From NCBI GenBank assembly GCA_001781095.1, contig MFKU01000005.1, positions 3,651 to 67,650 on the forward strand: a stretch of 64,000 nucleotides of DNA, read 5' to 3'. Both the position numbers and the translations under genes were made by a program. The notes beneath the pieces were generated by a model. That model did not search any database and was not told where the DNA came from. It saw only the letters and a list, made by a program, of their open reading frames with translations. Below, one piece after another: positions 57,411 through 64,000 of the stretch. How positions within the stretch are numbered: position 1 is the stretch's first letter; the number at the start of each line of letters is the position of its first letter. The stretch is from Candidatus Kaiserbacteria bacterium RIFCSPHIGHO2_01_FULL_53_31 (GTDB lineage Bacteria > Patescibacteriota > Minisyncoccia > Phycocordibacterales > Phycocordibacteraceae).

Positions 57411-58418
57411 ATGCGTTCTCGCGTTTCTCTTTTTATATATCTGCTCGTTATCGTTGCTGCAGTAGTGCCAAGTGTTACCCATGCAGCCATACCGTTTTTC
57501 GGACCGATCATTCCAGAAGCACAGGCGCTTTGTCCAGGCAGCTGGGCACTCGTTATCACGGTTCTGAATAATATCATCGCATTCGCTATTACGGCCGTGA
57601 TAATTTTCGTAGCACCACTCATGCTCGCATATGCCGGATTTCTCTACGTCGCGAACCCGGTAAGTCCTGGCGGCATCAGTAAAGCAAAGGACGTCCTTTT
57701 CAATACGATCGGGGGCACCATTGTCGCTCTTGCGGCTTGGCTCATTATCGCAGCGATCATGGCCGTTCTGTATGACCCGAGCGCCGTGGGGAAAACGTGG
57801 CAGAGTCTTGTTACAGCGAGGAGTAATGACGCTCTCTGCATTGATATTGCAGGAAGCCTTAATCAGGTGGTTCCCGGTACATATGTAACCGGTATAGATG
57901 CGGGCAGCGGTCAGTTCCTCACACTTCCGACGAGTGGAGACTGTCAGGCGGGCAATCTTATGGACGCGACGGCTGGCAGCCCCTATGCGTTGAATCAGGA
58001 GCAAGCGAATACGTTGTCTTGCATTGCGGTACCTGAAAGCAGGTGCGGTGCACGCACGACCGGAGCGCGAACGCCGGAAGGGAAGCCGACGAGCGCGAGC
58101 GGCATGTTTCAAATCGTGTTTGGATCGGGCAATGATACCTGTCACAACCTTAACATTCCAGCGTGTTCGCAAGCAGCCGGAGTGAGCGGTAATCTTAATT
58201 GCTACCAACAATTTAGCGGCGGATCTCCGAAGAGAGATAGCAAGGGTAACATCACGGCGGCCGCTGCAGCGTGTCAACGTGCCGCGGCGAACGTTACCTG
58301 CAATGCGCAGGCGGCGGCGTGTCTCGTTAAGGCGGATAAAGGCTTTAGCGCATGGACCGCTGATAGACGGGCCGCGACGCAACGCAATTGCATTACTCAA
58401 TATGCCAGTCTAAGGTAA
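57411..58418 (+). CDS. TrbC/VirB2-like pilin fused to a Cys-rich lytic-transglycosylase-like domain
   Basis: YAGF.Y.....AK..L.N.IGG...AAWLII pilin core; CIAVPES, SASGMFQI, CN..AA, FSAW SLT-type motifs. Confidence 0.7.
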   Translation: MRSRVSLFIYLLVIVAAVVPSVTHAAIPFFGPIIPEAQALCPGSWALVITVLNNIIAFAITAVIIFVAPLMLAYAGFLYVANPVSPGGISKAKDVLFNTIGGTIVALAAWLIIAAIMAVLYDPSAVGKTWQSLVTARSNDALCIDIAGSLNQVVPGTYVTGIDAGSGQFLTLPTSGDCQAGNLMDATAGSPYALNQEQANTLSCIAVPESRCGARTTGARTPEGKPTSASGMFQIVFGSGNDTCHNLNIPACSQAAGVSGNLNCYQQFSGGSPKRDSKGNITAAAAACQRAAANVTCNAQAAACLVKADKGFSAWTADRRAATQRNCITQYASLR

Positions 58419-58421
58419 ATT

Positions 58422-59000
58422 ATGACTATGAAATGGTATTTCATTAGTGGCGCGGCACTCATCATCATCGCATCAGCGCTATTCATCATGTTCCGCACGA
58501 CGCCAAAGGAGGATTCTCCTCAACCGACACCGGGATTGCCGGTTGCAAGTTCGACAACTCCAGGTACGGATGGATCCAGTCAACCGGGAACTGCGCAGAT
58601 ATCTGTTGCCACCAGGAGTGGCGGCGCGATTGCTGTCGCTGATTTCATTCACAACGGCGAAACGGTCGCTGACGTTGTGAACCCGGGTTCATTTGTGCTC
58701 GCGGGCAGTCTCGGCTACTGTCTCGCTGACGGCTCGTGCCCAACAGGAGCGCCAGCGGATAGCTTCACCATTTCGTACAACGAGAACACACATTTCTTCA
58801 ATGTCGTTCTGCTCACCGAACCGATCGGAGCAGCGCGCCGCGAAGCAGAACAATTCTTCATTAGCCGTCTCGGCATAGTGCCTGAACAGGCATGCGGTCT
58901 GATTTATTCCATTGGAGCTCCGTATTGGGTCAATACGACTTATGACGACAGAAATCTCGGATTCAGTTTCTGTCCCGGTGCGACAGTGTTGCCGGAATAA
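58422..59000 (+). CDS. membrane-anchored hypothetical protein
   Basis: TM; F.I.Y....F...L..EP...R..AE..F...LG....C......L.FSFC. Confidence 0.75.
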   Translation: MTMKWYFISGAALIIIASALFIMFRTTPKEDSPQPTPGLPVASSTTPGTDGSSQPGTAQISVATRSGGAIAVADFIHNGETVADVVNPGSFVLAGSLGYCLADGSCPTGAPADSFTISYNENTHFFNVVLLTEPIGAARREAEQFFISRLGIVPEQACGLIYSIGAPYWVNTTYDDRNLGFSFCPGATVLPE

Positions 59001-59823
59001 CATGCTCGTCTCGCAGTTTGCGCAGCCACGCTTTCTGATGTCGCGCATACTGCCAGAGTTTTGAAGAGAGGGCAGGGAACAGAGATGCTTCCGTTCGCTC
59101 CCCTTGCAGAAATTCTCCTACGATTTTGTATTCGAGTCCGAGCTCATTTAAACGTTGGCCTCCGACAAGCGCTCGAATACGACCAACCTCAGCAGTAAGT
59201 CCGCGCCCAAAAGCGCTCTTGAGACGCGTATCGATCCTCTCTCTGAGTTCTGTCATGGGCGGATTAATAATGATCCATTCCACGTCATACTTCGACTCAG
59301 ACCGACTGCGCTCTGGCACATGGCCGTGGGTGTGTATTATCTCGAGCGCTCGAATGAGTCGTCGGCGATTTAGCGGGTCTAGTTCCTGTGCTCGACGAGG
59401 ATCCAGAGCGAGCACACGCGAATAAAGATCTTCAGTAGGCAGATGTTCCATTTCTCGCCGCAGATATGCGTCGGTAGGGCTCTCTCGAGGAAGACCGTGG
59501 ATGAGGGCATCGAAATAGAAATGAGTTCCGCCGACAAGTATCGGTAGTTTGCCGCGAGTTGAAATATCCTCAATCAAACGACTGGCATCAGCGACGAAAT
59601 CACCGGCCGAATAACTTTCATTCACGTTTCGCACATCGATCAGGTGATGAGGTACACCACACATTTCTTCGTGTGTGGATTTCTCTGTCCCGATATCGAG
59701 GCCCCGATATACTTGTCGCGAATCGACAGAAATAATCTCGCCATTTCTCGAGAACGCCTCCTCAATCGCGCGCGCAGACTTACCCGACGCAGTCGTTCCC
59801 GCAATACATAAAATCTTAACCAT
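58963..59823 (-). CDS. miaA: tRNA dimethylallyltransferase
   Basis: GTTASGKS, DSRQVYRGLDIGT, PHHLID, VGGT, YARHQ..W. Confidence 0.96.
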   Translation of the reverse strand: MVKILCIAGTTASGKSARAIEEAFSRNGEIISVDSRQVYRGLDIGTEKSTHEEMCGVPHHLIDVRNVNESYSAGDFVADASRLIEDISTRGKLPILVGGTHFYFDALIHGLPRESPTDAYLRREMEHLPTEDLYSRVLALDPRRAQELDPLNRRRLIRALEIIHTHGHVPERSRSESKYDVEWIIINPPMTELRERIDTRLKSAFGRGLTAEVGRIRALVGGQRLNELGLEYKIVGEFLQGERTEASLFPALSSKLWQYARHQKAWLRKLRDEHVIPATLSHRDRN

Positions 59824-59827
59824 ATAG

Positions 59828-59909
59828 TGCCGGGAGAGAGAATCGAACTCTCATGACTTGCGTCGACGGGTTTTGAATCCGTTGCGTCTACCAATTCCGC
59901 CATCCCGGC
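59828..59909 (-). tRNA. tRNA-Leu(CAA)
   Basis: GCCGGGA acceptor, anticodon loop TTCAAAA, long variable arm, GTTCGATTC. Confidence 0.94.
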
Positions 59910-59965
59910 AATGTATTGCACAGTAACATTTCGCGAACAGAATTTCATCATGCTAAAATCATCGC

Positions 59966-60943
59966 ATGCCAGACGAAGCTCGCTATATCCCGACCAAATA
60001 TGATTCGGTCTTTTGGATCGACGTTGGCCGTATTCAGCCAAATCCCTATCAGCCACGTCGGGAATTTAGCGAAGAGGGTTTGAAGTCGCTCGCCGAGAGC
60101 ATCAGGCAATATGGAGTTCTCCAGCCGCTTGTGGTCAGCCGTACCGATATCGAGAAGTCGGAGGGCGGTCTCGAGAGCGTGTACGAGCTCATTGCCGGCG
60201 AACGACGGCTTCGCGCGAGCAGGCTCGCGGGATTGAAACAGATACCGGTCGTCATCCGCTCAGGAGAAAGCAATCTCACAAAGCTCGAACTCGCCATTAT
60301 CGAAAATCTGCAGCGAGAAGATTTGAACGCAATCGATCGCGCAAAAGCGCTGCAGAAGCTCGTCGAAGAATTTGGCATCTCGCATGTTGAGACGGCAGCG
60401 AAGATCGGGAAGAGTCGCGAGTACGTCTCAAATAGTATCCGTCTTCTCGCACTGCCCGAGCATATACAGAGCGCAGTAATAGGGAAGGAAATAAGTGAGG
60501 GTCATGCACGCACATTGCTCGCGCTCACCGATCATCCAGAAGAGCGTGAGACACTTTTCAAGGAAATTATTTTGAAAAAGCTCTCAGTTCGCGCGGCGGA
60601 GCGAATTTCGCGCTCGATTGCTCAGGAACGTGTGCGAAAGCATCATCGTAAAACGCCCGAGATGATGGAAATTGAAAAGTCGCTTACCGAAACGCTCGGC
60701 ACGCGCGTCATTATCGAGACGAATGCTGAAGGAGGTCGGCTTCTTATCGACTTCTTCTCGCCCGATGAGCTGACGCATCTCGCAGCTGCTCTCGTCGCTG
60801 AGCAGAATTCGCAAGACACGACACATGAATCGCAGGCGGCATATCCGAACACAACACAACTCATAGATGATCCAGTACCGCCTCCAGCGCCGGAAGAATC
60901 TCCCGACGACGAACTCTACTCGGTATCGGGCTTTACGGTTTGA
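59966..60943 (+). CDS. parB: ParB/Spo0J partition protein
   Basis: PNPYQPRR, GVLQPL, IAGERRLRA, ENLQREDL, SEGHAR. Confidence 0.95.
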   Translation: MPDEARYIPTKYDSVFWIDVGRIQPNPYQPRREFSEEGLKSLAESIRQYGVLQPLVVSRTDIEKSEGGLESVYELIAGERRLRASRLAGLKQIPVVIRSGESNLTKLELAIIENLQREDLNAIDRAKALQKLVEEFGISHVETAAKIGKSREYVSNSIRLLALPEHIQSAVIGKEISEGHARTLLALTDHPEERETLFKEIILKKLSVRAAERISRSIAQERVRKHHRKTPEMMEIEKSLTETLGTRVIIETNAEGGRLLIDFFSPDELTHLAAALVAEQNSQDTTHESQAAYPNTTQLIDDPVPPPAPEESPDDELYSVSGFTV

Positions 60944-62531
60944 TTTTCTTCCCGCTTATTCGCGGTCGGCGGCGGATCACTTTATCGGGCTCGGTCATGC
61001 CAAGAGCAATACGAATCTGTTTGCGAGCGAGAGACGTCCGCACATGCTCGAGCCATTTCGTCGAAGGGTGAGCAGAGTCGCGTCGCATAATTTCAACAAC
61101 ATCTCCATTGCTAAGAGGTGTGTCAAAAGATACAAGCTTGCTATTCACTTTTGCGCCCTGCAAGTGATTCCCGAGGTCAGTATGTATGGCGAAAGCAAAA
61201 TCTATCGGCGTCGAGGCTGACGGTAGATCGACGACATCGCCCTTCGGGGTAAAGACGAACACGCGGTGCGAGAAGAAATCCGCTTTGAGACCTTCGACGA
61301 AATCTTCCGAACCCCTCACCTCTAGATGTGCATCAGCGAGCTCTGTAAGCCATGGCGGCGGCTTCGCGATTCCCTCATCGGGCTGTATGCTCGCGCTCGA
61401 TACTTTCATCAATGAAGGAATAAGAGAACGCACCCATGAAAAGGAGAGTGAGGAGAAGCGACTTTTCTGCGTGCCTTTGGAAAGCTTCTCAATTCCTTTC
61501 CCCAGCTGCTTGTATGACATGTGCGAGGCGATACCGAACTGCGCGCGGCGGTGCATCTCTTCCGTCCTAATTTGAATTTCGACAATACCAGCCTCTGGAG
61601 TGACAACCGTCGTATGCAATGATTGATACCCATTCGGTTTTGGGAATGAAATGTAATCTTTGAACTCGCCCGGAAGCGGTTTATAGATTGCATGCACAGA
61701 GCCAAGTGCCGCGTAGCAATCTTCAATTGTCGGCACGACGATTCTGAGCGCAGCGATGTCGTAAATGCGCGTAATATCGTCGCCTTTACGCTTCAATTTC
61801 TGATGGAGACTCCACAATCCCTTGAGCCGAATATCGGTACGAAACACCATCAGATTTTTCTTTGCGAGCTCGCGCTTAATTTCTTTTTGTACCTTCGCAA
61901 GCCCTGCCTCGGTTTCTTTCGTTTTTGACTTCCGTACCTCTGCAGTGTGCCGTGCGGCATCAGGGTCGACATAGGGGAAGGCGAGGTCTTCGAGGTCGCG
62001 CTTCATCATCCCCATGCCGAGACGATTGGCGATTGGCGCAAATATCTCCAGTGTTTCGAGCGCAATGCGGCGCTGTTTGTGCTCTGGTACATGCTTGAGC
62101 GTCTGCATATTGTGATAGCGATCCGCCAACTTCACGATGAGTACGCGAATATCACTCGCCGTAGCGACCAGGAGGCGGCGAAGGCTTTCCGCGTGTCGCT
62201 CGGCACCGCGATATTTGTGCTTACCAAGCTTCGTTACGCCATCTACGATAAACAGAAGTTCCTTCCCAAACTCCTTCTCAACCTCCTCGCGTGTGATACC
62301 GCCATCTTCCACTGCGTCATGCAAAAGCCCGGCAGCAATGGTCGTCGAATCCATGCCGTACTCTGCAAGAATCTTGGCAACGGCAGAGGGATGTATGAAA
62401 TAGGGCTCGCCAGAGAACCGCGTGTTTGACGCATGCGCTTTCTCGGAACACGTATACGCCTTTTCTATGAACGCGGTATCTTCTGGAGACGGGGTCAACA
62501 TTGCTCCGATGATCTCCTTGACAGTCGTCAT
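60933..62531 (-). CDS. rel: RelA/SpoT homologue (HD-synthetase-TGS, no ACT)
   Basis: R.SGEPY..HP, LHD.VED, KLADR.HN, PK.NGYQSLHT, EIQIRT, FTPKG...DFAF.IHT. Confidence 0.93.
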   Translation of the reverse strand: MTTVKEIIGAMLTPSPEDTAFIEKAYTCSEKAHASNTRFSGEPYFIHPSAVAKILAEYGMDSTTIAAGLLHDAVEDGGITREEVEKEFGKELLFIVDGVTKLGKHKYRGAERHAESLRRLLVATASDIRVLIVKLADRYHNMQTLKHVPEHKQRRIALETLEIFAPIANRLGMGMMKRDLEDLAFPYVDPDAARHTAEVRKSKTKETEAGLAKVQKEIKRELAKKNLMVFRTDIRLKGLWSLHQKLKRKGDDITRIYDIAALRIVVPTIEDCYAALGSVHAIYKPLPGEFKDYISFPKPNGYQSLHTTVVTPEAGIVEIQIRTEEMHRRAQFGIASHMSYKQLGKGIEKLSKGTQKSRFSSLSFSWVRSLIPSLMKVSSASIQPDEGIAKPPPWLTELADAHLEVRGSEDFVEGLKADFFSHRVFVFTPKGDVVDLPSASTPIDFAFAIHTDLGNHLQGAKVNSKLVSFDTPLSNGDVVEIMRRDSAHPSTKWLEHVRTSLARKQIRIALGMTEPDKVIRRRPRISGKKIKP

Positions 62532-62599
62532 AGAGACATACTATACACTGCTCTTATGTACTACCAAGCCAGTGAGAGATAGATGAATGTAACGCCGTT

Positions 62600-64000
62600 T
62601 TATTTCAAATATTCCGCGGCTTGATCGGGCGTAAGAGTGTTAACACTTACCGAATCAGAGAGGTAGATGCGGCGTAGTCCTTTCCTGAGAAAGAATCCTT
62701 GCTTCGATTTATAGAGTACAAGCTTCCTGCCCGTCTTAGGATGCGGACCAATCTCGCGCATGACGGTGGCGCCGCGCGGCGGTTTCTTTGGCTCCTTGAG
62801 GAGCGCGACGGCTTCATCGAGCGTTATGGTGTAGGGATCGCTCTTTTTTATCGATCTAAATTCGCTCTCGCTGCCGACATACGGGCCAAATCGGCCTGTA
62901 TTTGCGAAAACTGGTTTGCCAGTATTTGGATCCGTTCCGAGTTCGCGTGGAAGTGAGAGATATTTGACGGCATCAGTAAGGGTCACCTTAGAGATATCAA
63001 CGCCCGCAGGAATGCTCGCACGCTTGGCAGCAGGCTTCTTCGATTTGTGTTTTTTCTTTCCTGTCTGCTTCAGCTCCGGATCGCCGCTCGCTGATACGAT
63101 TGACATCTCCACATATGGACCGAACCGTCCATTTTTCAAATATATTGCGGCACCGGTCTCGGGATGCGTACCGATCGGCTCATCATTCTTAAGCTCCGCA
63201 CCTTCCTCAGTTCGTGCGCCAAGACAGTCAGGATAGCGCTTGCAACTCATGAATACGCCGCCACGTCCGAGTTTAAATTCCATTGCACTGTTACAGAGAG
63301 GGCAGGGGAACTCCGCACCAGCATCGCCAAGCGATGTCGCCTTCGGCAGTTTGTCTTTCGAGCGCACTTCCTTCTCGAACGGAACATAGAAATTTTTCAG
63401 CGTTTCGGTATAGCCGCGCTCGCCGCGCGCTATCTCGTCGAGTTCATCTTCCATCTCTGCAGTAAACGTGTCGCTCACGTACGTCGGGAAATTTTCTTCG
63501 AGCCAGCCTGAGACAACCATGCCGGTCGCTGTTGGCTTCAGAGCGCGGCCGAGCTTCTCGACATACCCGCGATCCTGAATGGTCTTCATAATTGACGCGT
63601 AGGTCGATGGTCTGCCGATGCCGCGCTTCTCGAGCTCTTTAATGAGTCCTGCTTCGGTGTAGCGGTTCGGTGGCTCAGTCTGCTTCTCATCCGAATCGAG
63701 TGAAAGCAGTTTAAGAGATTCGCCCTGGGCGACTTTTGGCAGTTCGACATCCTCGCCGCGAGCCCTCGTGTCGAGTGCGAGCCATCCTGGAAAGAGAACA
63801 CGCGAACCGTTTGCGGCAAATAGAGGAATGTCTGCGTCAGCTTTAGCCGAGATATTCGTGCGCATTATTCGCGCGGGCGCCATCTGCGAAGCCAATGCAC
63901 GGATGCGAATAAGCTCGTACAGCTGTACCTCGTCCGACGTCGCACCGGCATGTATGCGCGACGGATCCGTGGGGCGGACGGCCTCGTGCGCTTCCTGAGC
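62600..64000 (-). CDS. topA: DNA topoisomerase I (5' part outside the window)
   Basis: AQEAHEAVRPT, LYELI, GIGRPSTY, FTA.ME..LD, zinc ribbon CPLC..C..YP.C, GRFGPY repeats. Confidence 0.96.
   Translation of the reverse strand, partial: AQEAHEAVRPTDPSRIHAGATSDEVQLYELIRIRALASQMAPARIMRTNISAKADADIPLFAANGSRVLFPGWLALDTRARGEDVELPKVAQGESLKLLSLDSDEKQTEPPNRYTEAGLIKELEKRGIGRPSTYASIMKTIQDRGYVEKLGRALKPTATGMVVSGWLEENFPTYVSDTFTAEMEDELDEIARGERGYTETLKNFYVPFEKEVRSKDKLPKATSLGDAGAEFPCPLCNSAMEFKLGRGGVFMSCKRYPDCLGARTEEGAELKNDEPIGTHPETGAAIYLKNGRFGPYVEMSIVSASGDPELKQTGKKKHKSKKPAAKRASIPAGVDISKVTLTDAVKYLSLPRELGTDPNTGKPVFANTGRFGPYVGSESEFRSIKKSDPYTITLDEAVALLKEPKKPPRGATVMREIGPHPKTGRKLVLYKSKQGFFLRKGLRRIYLSDSVSVNTLTPDQAAEYLK

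Noticed and set aside
1-64000. Alternative genetic code (TGA recoded), prophage, DGR or retron
   Set aside because: Conserved genes such as lexA, murA and parB end properly at TGA; no phage structural genes, integrase or reverse transcriptase were seen.

Overview
Chromosomal segment of a reduced-genome bacterium using genetic code 11. Gene content and style suggest Patescibacteria/CPR, most like Parcubacteria; this is inference, as there is no rRNA in the window. Core genes are mltG, uppS, lexA-dinB, a MacAB-type ABC system, hpf, fmt-def, murA, two mreB paralogs, holB-like, frr, rseP, proS, mreBCD-pbp2, clpB, rpmG, a mannose/GH130 operon, miaA, parB, rel and topA (partial). Three tRNAs are present: Asn-GTT split by a 252-nt group I intron inside the anticodon, Trp-CCA and Leu-CAA. 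Notable structure not explained by the gene list: (1) a 277-bp element with 13-bp terminal inverted repeats and a 4-bp target duplication, whose only gene is a GIY-YIG nuclease, inserted into the murA stop/next-gene start overlap without disrupting either gene; (2) an array of degenerate tRNA-3'-end (att-like) motifs separating single-gene cassettes downstream of tRNA-Asn; (3) REP-like palindromes inserted in frame into def and holB; (4) two translation-initiation classes, with apparently leaderless core genes and strong-SD ORFan cassettes, plus two candidate sRNAs exposing anti-SD CCCTCCT motifs; (5) a head-to-head pair of dockerin-tipped metalloproteases, one of them frameshifted; (6) outer-membrane beta-barrel-like genes in a presumed monoderm. 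All calls come from reading the sequence; no database searches were run.
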